In this document: in pieces, positions 53,299 to 61,132 of the stretch
Numbering within the stretch: position 1 is the first letter of the stretch
Layout: every line of letters begins with the position of its first letter
Origin: a virus
Virus record (IMG/VR): IMGVR_UViG_3300020281_000010
Reading direction: 5' to 3' (one strand)
Length of the DNA: 64,000 bases
Program-made: the position numbers and the translations under genes
The notes under the pieces: model-generated
Databases searched by the model: none
What the model saw: the letters and a program-made list of their open reading frames with translations, nothing else
What the model was told of the DNA's origin: nothing

Positions 53299-54758
53299 TG
53301 GTAACCATTGAAAAGAAGAATGAAGCGTTCCTGAAAATCAGGGCGGAACTCAGTGTACATAAGGAGTTATCTGACTACTTTACATTTGAGGTCCCTGATG
53401 CAAAGTTCCTTAAAACCCAAAAGAGATACAAGTATTGGGATGGAAGAATCCGTCTTTACTCTCCTGGGACTGGGGAACTACCTTTAGGTCTCTTTCATTA
53501 TCTTGAAGAATGGTTACAGAAAAAGCAATACGAATATAAAATAGAAGACAACAAATATTGTGGTATCCCAGGTGAAGTCAACACACTTATCACACCCGAG
53601 GCAGTTAATGGTTTTGTTAGATCTCTGGGTACTCCTTTCAAGGCGAGAGATTACCAACTCCAAAGTGTTTATTCAGCACTTCGGCACAACCGTAGATTAC
53701 TACTCTCTCCCACTGGATCTGGAAAATCTTTCATAATCTATTGTCTTCTCAGGTGGCACCTGCAGTACAAGAGAGAGATATTGATTATTGTACCCACAAC
53801 CTCACTGGTTGAACAACTTTATAAGGACATTGAACAGTATGGATTCTACGCTCGCGACACCATTTACAAGATCTACGGAGGAAGAGAACGTTATACAGAG
53901 AGTCCTGTCGTCATATCTACGTGGCAATCTATCTACAAGGAGTCTAAAAATTACTTTAATAGGTTTGATGTTGTTATCGGCGATGAAGCGCACCTCTACA
54001 AAGCAAAGTCGCTAACAGGAATCCTCAACAAATGCCACAATGCCAAGTACAGAATTGGATTGACTGGCACCCTTGACGGTATGCAGTGTCATCAACTGCA
54101 ACTGGAAGGTATGTTTGGCAAGGTAAATAATGCTATACGCACAAAGGATCTGCAGAAGAAAGGTCATCTGACTGAACTGAAGATAAACATCCTGCTGTGT
54201 AAACATAATTATACTCGCTTCGCTGACTATCAAGATGAGATTAATTATATCATAACTCACGAGAAAAGAAATAAAATTATTACTGGTCTTGCGCGAGACT
54301 TACCTGGGAATACACTGATTCTATTCAACTACGTGGAGAAGCACGGAGAACCTCTTTACGAAATGATAAATAGTAAAGGAGGAGACAAACGTATCTTCTT
54401 TATACACGGAAAAGTTCCGACTGACGAACGAGAAGAAGCACGCCAGATTTGTGAGAACACAGACAATGCAATCATCCTTGCATCGTACGGGACGTTCTCA
54501 ACTGGTATCAATATAAAAAACTTACATAATGTAATATTTGCATCTCCATCAAAGTCTAGGATTCGCAATCTTCAGTCTATTGGTAGAGCATTACGGAAGC
54601 ACGACTCGAAAGGTCAAGCAACCCTATATGATTTTGCTGATGATATAAGCAATGGTCATTTTAATAATGCAACTTTGAACCATTTAGTTGAACGTATTCG
54701 TACTTACAAGGATGAGAAGTTCGACTATTCAATCACAAAGATCAAACTAGGAGAATAG
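53298..54758 (+). CDS. uvsW: SF2 DNA/RNA helicase UvsW
   Basis: WDGRIRL, RDYQ, SPTGSGKS, DEAH, GLTGT, YGTFSTGINI and LQSIGR.LR. Confidence 0.97.
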   Translation: MVTIEKKNEAFLKIRAELSVHKELSDYFTFEVPDAKFLKTQKRYKYWDGRIRLYSPGTGELPLGLFHYLEEWLQKKQYEYKIEDNKYCGIPGEVNTLITPEAVNGFVRSLGTPFKARDYQLQSVYSALRHNRRLLLSPTGSGKSFIIYCLLRWHLQYKREILIIVPTTSLVEQLYKDIEQYGFYARDTIYKIYGGRERYTESPVVISTWQSIYKESKNYFNRFDVVIGDEAHLYKAKSLTGILNKCHNAKYRIGLTGTLDGMQCHQLQLEGMFGKVNNAIRTKDLQKKGHLTELKINILLCKHNYTRFADYQDEINYIITHEKRNKIITGLARDLPGNTLILFNYVEKHGEPLYEMINSKGGDKRIFFIHGKVPTDEREEARQICENTDNAIILASYGTFSTGINIKNLHNVIFASPSKSRIRNLQSIGRALRKHDSKGQATLYDFADDISNGHFNNATLNHLVERIRTYKDEKFDYSITKIKLGE

Positions 54759-54759
54759 T

Positions 54760-55203
54760 ATGTCTCTAAATTACATCAAACCAGACGAGGAATTCTTTGG
54801 ATGTATGAAACTTACATCTGGAGAGGAACTGCTTGGACGTATTGTTGTTGTGGAAGAGCATAAAGGTTTCTACTGTGCTTTCATTCAAGACCCCGCCAAG
54901 GTGCATTCTCAGGATAAAATTATCGACGACAAGCGGGCGGTGGCAGTAGGTCTCAAGAGATGGATGGTTTTCTCTGATGAAGATTTCTTTATCATTCCTG
55001 AAGAGAGAATCATAACGATCGCGCCGATGTCGCAGGACGCGGTAATGATGTATAAGTTTTTCGTTAAGCAAGAATTAAAAAGATCACCCAACCCCGACAA
55101 TATCCCTGATTCGAGTATTGAACTCACTCAAGAAATGGGACTGCTCGGTACATTAGAAGAAGCAAGAAAAAGACTTGAACAACTGTTTAATGGTAATAGC
55201 TAA
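54760..55203 (+). CDS. Conserved T4-like hypothetical protein between uvsW and g55 (Sm-like beta fold suspected)
   Basis: KLTSGEELLG.I...P....W..FSDED.F.I....I.T pattern and synteny. Confidence 0.7.
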   Translation: MSLNYIKPDEEFFGCMKLTSGEELLGRIVVVEEHKGFYCAFIQDPAKVHSQDKIIDDKRAVAVGLKRWMVFSDEDFFIIPEERIITIAPMSQDAVMMYKFFVKQELKRSPNPDNIPDSSIELTQEMGLLGTLEEARKRLEQLFNGNS

Positions 55204-55232
55204 GAATATCCTTTGCAACCCTGACAGTGTTG

Positions 55233-55261
55233 ATCATAATTGTTTCAGAGGGTGTTGTCAA
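55233..55261 (-). promoter_or_regulatory. Antisense sigma70-type promoter
   Basis: On the minus strand: TTGACA (55261-55256), N17, TATGAT (55238-55233). Confidence 0.6.
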
Positions 55262-55276
55262 GGGTATCAATATCCA

Positions 55277-55305
55277 TTGACGAAAACCCTGTTGTCTGTT
55301 ATGAT
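55277..55305 (+). promoter_or_regulatory. sigma70-type promoter for g55-pcyA-g47-g46
   Basis: TTGACG (55277), N17, TATGAT (55300), 23 nt upstream of the g55 ATG. Confidence 0.75.
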
Positions 55306-55328
55306 TTCAATATGAATTAAACCTACCG

Positions 55329-55811
55329 ATGGCATTAATGGCAGCACGGAGAACTAAAAATCAGCACTATGTAGATAACCAGAAGTTCCTTGCTGCTATC
55401 GTGGATTATCGTGACCGTGTAGAGATTGCTAAAGTTCGTAATAAACCCAAACCTAGGATCAATGAATACATTGGAGAGTGTTTCCTAAAGATCGCAACCC
55501 ACCTTTCATATAGACCTAACTTCATCAACTATATGTACAAGGAGGATATGATCAGTGATGGCATTGAGAATTGTGTTCAGTATATTGACAATTTCGATCC
55601 TGCTAAAAGCAGGAATCCTTTTGCATATTTTACTCAAATCGTTTACTATGCATTCCTAAGAAGGATTGCTAAAGAGAAGAGACAGATGGATATTAAAGAT
55701 AAGATTATTGAGAAGTCAGGTTTTGATCAGGTCTTCCACTCTGATGGTGATGGAGATACTGCACAACTGAATAGTATCAAGTCCCGTATTGAGATGAACA
55801 ATCGTTACTAA
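55329..55811 (+). CDS. g55: Late-transcription sigma factor gp55
   Basis: HYVDNQKFL, EYIGECFLKIATHLSYRPNFINYMYKEDMISDGIENC.QY..NFDP.KS.NPFAYFTQI.YYAFLRRI.KEK. Confidence 0.98.
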   Translation: MALMAARRTKNQHYVDNQKFLAAIVDYRDRVEIAKVRNKPKPRINEYIGECFLKIATHLSYRPNFINYMYKEDMISDGIENCVQYIDNFDPAKSRNPFAYFTQIVYYAFLRRIAKEKRQMDIKDKIIEKSGFDQVFHSDGDGDTAQLNSIKSRIEMNNRY

Positions 55812-56482
55812 TGATTATCGATCAACTTGCATCTGTCATTCGCTTTGCGATTGAAGATCTAGATGCTGTACAAGTTGAAACAGATTATGAAGAAATTATC
55901 AAAGATGATCTTGTCATAAAGAATGAGATCTACAAGTGTGAAGGTCTTCGTAAGTTACACCTTGAAATAGCAAAGACAGATAAACTAGATGTACTCCACT
56001 GTGTATTCTTCCCAGACTTCGAGTACCCTATACCTATTTTTGGTGCAGACATTATTGCAACTAGGAATACAGTCACTGCTGCTATTGTAGATGTTTCTCC
56101 TGTACATAATACTGGTAACATTTACTACAGTATAGCACCACTAGCAAACTCATATCATTTTACGCACAAGAGACCACTACCACTATGGGGTGAGATCTTC
56201 TCTCCATTCTGTAAGTTTCAGAGATTACATCTTCAGAATGAGCAACAGGATTTTATTAACTTGGTCAATAACATTCTTCTGATATATTGTGACTGGGTGA
56301 AGAGATCTAAAAAGGATGACAAGTGGGTGAATAATATGTTAAGATTGGATGACCAGATCTGGTACTGTAAATCCCAGAAACAAAACAAGAAGACTCTTGC
56401 AGTTCTGACCCAATGGTTTGGTAAAGAGTTTGCAGAGAAATACATCGATAAGATGCTCTTCGATACACCTAGACTCAAATGA
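55811..56482 (+). CDS. pcyA: Phycocyanobilin:ferredoxin oxidoreductase
   Basis: RKLHLEIA, LDVLHCVFFP, P.P.FGADI, AAIVD.SP, LPLWGEIFSPF and Q..YC..QKQN.KT..VL..WF...AE.Y....LFD. Confidence 0.9.
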   Translation: MIIDQLASVIRFAIEDLDAVQVETDYEEIIKDDLVIKNEIYKCEGLRKLHLEIAKTDKLDVLHCVFFPDFEYPIPIFGADIIATRNTVTAAIVDVSPVHNTGNIYYSIAPLANSYHFTHKRPLPLWGEIFSPFCKFQRLHLQNEQQDFINLVNNILLIYCDWVKRSKKDDKWVNNMLRLDDQIWYCKSQKQNKKTLAVLTQWFGKEFAEKYIDKMLFDTPRLK

Positions 56483-56673
56483 ATCTATCTTTTGATGATG
56501 AAGAACTTCAGTGTCTTCGCGTCTGTGTAGGCAATGCACCTGCACCTTACAACATTACTAAGAAGGAGATTCTTAAACGTGTTGTAGAAAAGGTTGGAGA
56601 ACCAATCAAAGAACACCACGAAGGTCTCACACTTGCAGAATACGATCTAACACCCTATGGAATTGACCCCTGA
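56479..56673 (+). CDS. Small hypothetical protein
   Basis: ATGA overlap with the pcyA stop; packed tightly between neighbours. Confidence 0.65.
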   Translation: MNLSFDDEELQCLRVCVGNAPAPYNITKKEILKRVVEKVGEPIKEHHEGLTLAEYDLTPYGIDP

Positions 56674-56884
56674 AATTATTGAAAAGATCCAAGAGGCAAT
56701 GCGTCACACAAAAAAGGATGGCACTGTCAACTGGAAGGATGGAGATGAGATTGAGGTAAATCTAGCAGGTACATTTGCTGCTGATAGATTCATTGTGATT
56801 AAGAACAAAACAAAAGATCCAGTAATCTCTGCTCAACCTCATCCTGACTATGATTATGAAAAGAAGGAGTGGAAGAAAAAATGA
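56657..56884 (+). CDS. Small hypothetical protein (AGTFAAD[RK]FIVIKN type)
   Basis: The stop overlaps the g47 ATG; typical cyanophage small-gene composition. Confidence 0.75.
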   Translation: MELTPEIIEKIQEAMRHTKKDGTVNWKDGDEIEVNLAGTFAADRFIVIKNKTKDPVISAQPHPDYDYEKKEWKKK

Positions 56885-57927
56885 AGGTTCTCTTGATTAC
56901 TGATCAACACTTCGGTGTTCGTAATGATCATCCTGTCTTCCTAGAGAAGTACAGAGAGTTCTATACGAATACTGTAATTCCTTATATTAAGAAGCATAAA
57001 ATCAAGCAAGTATTTTGTCTTGGTGATACATTCGACAAACGTAAGTCTATCAACTTTGCATCTCTAGATGCTGCAAAGGAGATGTGGTTTGACCCGCTCA
57101 AAGAGATGGGTGTACAGATGGTTATGCTTATCGGTAATCACGACATCTATTATAAGAATACTCTACGTGTGAATGCACCCAATCATCTACTGGGTGAGTA
57201 TGATAATGTTACTGTCATTGAGACACCAACAGAACTGACGTTTGATGATAAGAAAATTCTATTCCTACCTTGGATCTGTCCTGACAATAAGGACACTAGT
57301 GATGCAATCATCGATAACTCTAAGGCAGACATTGTTCTTGGACACTTAGAACTCAATGGATTTGAAGCAGTTCCAGGGCACGTGATGGAACACGGTGAGG
57401 ATCCTGCAAGGTATGAGAGGTTCCCTCTAGTCTGTACTGGTCACTATCATATGAAATCTAGGAGAGGTAATATTCAATACCTCGGTAATCCGTACCAACT
57501 CTACTGGAATGATTACGGTCAGAAGCGTGGGTTTCATATCCTAAATACTGATACATTAAAGTTAACGTTTGTTAAAAATCCATACGACATATTCTGCAAA
57601 TTATATTATGACGATTCTAGAAATGATTACGATGATATTCCAGACTTGTCTCCACTCAAAGGAGCATTCGTCAAACTAATCGTTCAGAATCGATCTAATC
57701 AAAAGTGGTTTGATCGTATGATTAAAGCAATTCAACAGGCAGATGTAGCAGATCTAAAAATTATTGAGGATCTGACACTAGATGCACCCGAGGTTAATGA
57801 AGACGTGAAGATGGAAGATACGATGAGTATCTTAGAGACTTACGTTATGGACTTGGAAGAATCTGTTGATAAGAAAAACGTCGTTAACATTCTGAAGTCC
57901 TTATACGTGGAGTCTCTCAACCTATAA
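56881..57927 (+). CDS. g47: Recombination endonuclease subunit gp47 (Mre11/SbcD-like)
   Basis: ITDQHFG, LGDTFD, IGNHD, GHLELNGF, GHYH and YLGNPYQLYWND. Confidence 0.97.
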   Translation: MKVLLITDQHFGVRNDHPVFLEKYREFYTNTVIPYIKKHKIKQVFCLGDTFDKRKSINFASLDAAKEMWFDPLKEMGVQMVMLIGNHDIYYKNTLRVNAPNHLLGEYDNVTVIETPTELTFDDKKILFLPWICPDNKDTSDAIIDNSKADIVLGHLELNGFEAVPGHVMEHGEDPARYERFPLVCTGHYHMKSRRGNIQYLGNPYQLYWNDYGQKRGFHILNTDTLKLTFVKNPYDIFCKLYYDDSRNDYDDIPDLSPLKGAFVKLIVQNRSNQKWFDRMIKAIQQADVADLKIIEDLTLDAPEVNEDVKMEDTMSILETYVMDLEESVDKKNVVNILKSLYVESLNL

Positions 57928-58199
57928 TGTTCATTCTCACAGACGAAAAAACTGGCGGTGTGTATGCTGTAACTCCTAAAGGGAAAGAGAATCCTAAGGG
58001 TCCAAAAGCAGTGCAGATCTTTGTTGACAAGGATGATGCAGTACGTTATAATTTAATGCTAGAGGCAAACGATTATGCCCGTAAGTTAGATGTGCTTGAG
58101 GTTGACTTCGATCTCGTGGTACAGAACTGTCTTGCACATCGTTATGACTATGTTATTGTAAAACCAAATCAGGTAGTGGTACCACCCGAAGACGATTAA
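57927..58199 (+). CDS. Hypothetical protein between g47 and g46
   Basis: GVYAV....V.IF...DDA.RY...LEA.D pattern; TAATG coupling. Confidence 0.75.
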   Translation: MFILTDEKTGGVYAVTPKGKENPKGPKAVQIFVDKDDAVRYNLMLEANDYARKLDVLEVDFDLVVQNCLAHRYDYVIVKPNQVVVPPEDD

Positions 58200-58201
58200 C
58201 T

Positions 58202-59920
58202 ATGATTGTATTTGAGAAACTTCGATGGCGAAATTTTTTATCAACTGGAAATAATTTTACTGAACTAGATCTCATCGATACTTCCTCAACTCTTGTTGTT
58301 GGTCCTAACGGTGCAGGTAAGTCAACGATGTTGGATGCCCTGTGTTTTGGATTGTTCAATAGACCTTTTCGTAAGGTGTCCAAATCACAGTTGGTAAATA
58401 CTATCAACGAAAGAGATACCCTCGTTGAGATAGACTTTAGTATTGGATCTGTTTCGTACAAAGTCGTACGAGGGATGAAACCTAATGTATTTGAGATTTG
58501 GAGAAATGGTTCCCTCGTGGATCAAGACGCTGCCAATCGAGACTATCAAAAATACCTTGAACAATCAATACTTAAACTTAACTTCAAGTCTTTCACTCAA
58601 GTTGTTATACTTGGAAGTTCAACTTTTGTTCCTTTTATGCAGTTGTCTGCACCGCATCGAAGGGAGGTTATCGAAGATCTACTGGACATTCAGATCTTCT
58701 CGCAAATGAATATGCTCCTCAAGGAGCGGATGAAAGATAATAGAGAACAACTGAAAGAGTGTGAACATCAGTTGCAACTTGCAGAACAAGCAATCAACGC
58801 TCAAAAGAAAACTGTTGATAAGTTGTCAGCAGTAAATGATGAGCGTATTACTAGACAGCAAGAAAAATTCAAAGAGAATGAAGATAGAATGATGGAGATC
58901 AAAGGAGAGATCTCTCTCATTGAAACTCGTGTGGTCGGACTCAAGTCTATGCAAGAGGAGTTGCTGAAGCACGAAGGTATGCTGATGAAGCAAAATAAAA
59001 TCAAATCTAAACTGGAAGACAAAGGTAAGAAGTCTCTCAAAGATAAAGCATTCTTTGAAAAGAATACAACCTGTCCTACCTGCTCTCAGGACATTGAAGA
59101 ATCATTTAGAAATATGAAGGTTTCTATCTATTCAGAGAAATACGAAGAGATGCGTAAGGCAGTGTCTGAACTTGACACACAGATTGCAGATACTATGTCA
59201 CTTTGTACAAGCATTCGGAAAGAGACAGATCAACTCACTGAAGATCAATTTGAGATCCGCCGTTTGTATAACGAAGAAAAGAATTTGATGAAGGAGAACA
59301 GTGAGATCTTATCTCACGTTCAACGTCTAAATACATTGCCTGACATCAAGAAGGAGAGAGATCAACTAGTTGTACTCCAACAAACTTATGACGAGAAGGA
59401 AGAATCTTGTTCTAAAGTTACAAAGGAAACCTTGGATTACAAACTGGTTGGTAACCTCCTCAAGGACGGTGGTATCAAGGCAAAGATTATCTCAAAATAT
59501 ATTCCTATCATCAACCAAAGGATCAATAAGTACCTAGGTGATATGGATACCTTCGTGAATTTTACCCTTGACGAAGAGTTCAGTGAGGTGATAAAGTCTC
59601 GACATCGCGACAAGTTCTCCTATGCCTCATTCTCTGAAGGCGAAAAGCAGAAGATTGATCTGTCACTCCTATTCACTTGGAGATACGTTGCGAAACTAAA
59701 AAACTCTGTTGCCACTAATCTCCTCATCCTAGATGAGGTATTTGATTCATCACTAGATAATCAAGCAACTGATGAACTCTTAAAAATTCTTAAGAGTCTA
59801 GGTAGTGAAACAAACTTCTTTGTTATCTCACATAAAGGTGAGGTTCTTCAAGATAAGTTTGAAAAACAAATCCGTTTTGAAAAGATCAACGGTTTTAGTA
59901 AATCATTCAGTTACGAATAA
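58202..59920 (+). CDS. g46: Recombination ATPase subunit gp46 (Rad50/SbcC-like)
   Basis: WRNFLSTGN, GPNGAGKST, CPTC zinc hook, FSEGEKQKIDL, LILDEVFD and VISH. Confidence 0.98.
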   Translation: MIVFEKLRWRNFLSTGNNFTELDLIDTSSTLVVGPNGAGKSTMLDALCFGLFNRPFRKVSKSQLVNTINERDTLVEIDFSIGSVSYKVVRGMKPNVFEIWRNGSLVDQDAANRDYQKYLEQSILKLNFKSFTQVVILGSSTFVPFMQLSAPHRREVIEDLLDIQIFSQMNMLLKERMKDNREQLKECEHQLQLAEQAINAQKKTVDKLSAVNDERITRQQEKFKENEDRMMEIKGEISLIETRVVGLKSMQEELLKHEGMLMKQNKIKSKLEDKGKKSLKDKAFFEKNTTCPTCSQDIEESFRNMKVSIYSEKYEEMRKAVSELDTQIADTMSLCTSIRKETDQLTEDQFEIRRLYNEEKNLMKENSEILSHVQRLNTLPDIKKERDQLVVLQQTYDEKEESCSKVTKETLDYKLVGNLLKDGGIKAKIISKYIPIINQRINKYLGDMDTFVNFTLDEEFSEVIKSRHRDKFSYASFSEGEKQKIDLSLLFTWRYVAKLKNSVATNLLILDEVFDSSLDNQATDELLKILKSLGSETNFFVISHKGEVLQDKFEKQIRFEKINGFSKSFSYE

Positions 59921-60498
59921 TGTTTAGTCATCCATTTTTTACTAGTAACAATGGGTATGCCAAGCACGATGAGTTGAAGTTTGATCTTCTAGAAAATCGT
60001 GACAAGATCTGTCAAGATTACAATATTTTCTATGGCACTGGGTACTCAACTGTTCATACTAACCCTGAATATCATCTATTGTATCCAGACTTTGCAGATT
60101 GGGTACTCCAGAATATTCACCCTTTTGATGAAGAACTCCAGATTGAGCAGATGTGGGTCAACGTCAATCCTAAAGGTGGGTTCCAAATGCGTCACAACCA
60201 CGCAGATGCAGATATGGCAGGGACTTACTATGTCAAGGTACCACCAGGCGACACTGGAGACATATATTTCTATCATCCCAACCATACTGTCGAAACGTTA
60301 AATAGAATACAACCTTATTGGGCATACACACATTGTCAGATCCCAAGAGAGCGTGATCTATACTTCTGGCCAGGTTATAATGACCACGAAGTCAGGCAAA
60401 ATTATGAGAACCAAGAACGATGGTCAATCAGTTTTACTTTGAAAATACCCCAGAAAGTCCGAGAAGTAAGATTTCCAAATTTACCCAAGACTTCCTAA
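59920..60498 (+). CDS. Putative 2OG-Fe(II) oxygenase (TIGR02466-like)
   Basis: MWVN.NPKGG...HNH...MAG.YY..VP..D.GDI.F...and L.FWP....H.V..N.....R.SISF. Confidence 0.75.
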   Translation: MFSHPFFTSNNGYAKHDELKFDLLENRDKICQDYNIFYGTGYSTVHTNPEYHLLYPDFADWVLQNIHPFDEELQIEQMWVNVNPKGGFQMRHNHADADMAGTYYVKVPPGDTGDIYFYHPNHTVETLNRIQPYWAYTHCQIPRERDLYFWPGYNDHEVRQNYENQERWSISFTLKIPQKVREVRFPNLPKTS

Positions 60499-61055
60499 CT
60501 CCCTTGCAACATTGTAAGACGGAGTTATTTCCTACAACTCTGTATGTTTTTTCACATAATAATGACTCGATTATTAAAGAGATTGAGTCAATACCTGACG
60601 ATCCTGAGGTTCTATCCCACCTCTCACCAGGTGCAAAACCAAGTATTATCGAAGGATCCCACAACGGGATGTATGGTCTTCAACTATTCAAAAGATATGA
60701 ACTACCAACCTTCAGTCAGTTCGTACACGACTGTCTGGAAAAAGTATATCCAGAGTCACAAATTTTCCAGTCGTGGATAAATAGATTACCTAAGGGGTCT
60801 AAGCAAGCAGTTCATACTCACGCGAACTCGGTTGTATCTGGAGTCTATTATCACGAGACCACATCCGATATGGGTGGTATCGTTTTTATGAATCCAAATC
60901 CATTCTCCAAGATGGCAATGTGGGGTACTGAAGAAGGCAGGTTCTTTCCTGCTACACCCAATACTCTAGTTTTGTTTCCATCTTGGTTGGAACATAAAAC
61001 ATCTGAGAACAGATCTAATATGCCACGAGTATCCATAGCATTCAACGCGAAGTAG
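60420..61055 (+). CDS. Second putative 2OG-Fe(II) oxygenase (TIGR02466-like)
   Basis: ELFPT.LY, SWIN...KGS.Q..HTH.NS.VSGVYY, LVLFPSWLEH and RVSIAFN. The start may be the TTG at 60504 rather than the ATG at 60420. Confidence 0.8.
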   Translation: MVNQFYFENTPESPRSKISKFTQDFLTPLQHCKTELFPTTLYVFSHNNDSIIKEIESIPDDPEVLSHLSPGAKPSIIEGSHNGMYGLQLFKRYELPTFSQFVHDCLEKVYPESQIFQSWINRLPKGSKQAVHTHANSVVSGVYYHETTSDMGGIVFMNPNPFSKMAMWGTEEGRFFPATPNTLVLFPSWLEHKTSENRSNMPRVSIAFNAK

Positions 61056-61110
61056 ACAGTTAATAAAGTGTCCACTCAACCCTTACGCAACCACGTAGGG
61101 GTTTTATAAT
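61055..61110 (+). promoter_or_regulatory. Early-type promoter with upstream boxes (GACAGT-N7-GTGTCCAC...TATAAT)
   Basis: TATAAT at 61105, an imperfect inverted repeat at 61080-61101, and the same box spacing as the cobS promoter. Confidence 0.7.
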
Positions 61111-61132
61111 GTGTACATAGACAAGGAAACAA

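Noticed and set aside
41341-59920. Introns, inteins or homing endonucleases in g17, g20, g23, uvsW or g46
   Set aside because: All are continuous and of ordinary length, with no LAGLIDADG, GIY-YIG, HNH or intein splice motifs seen.
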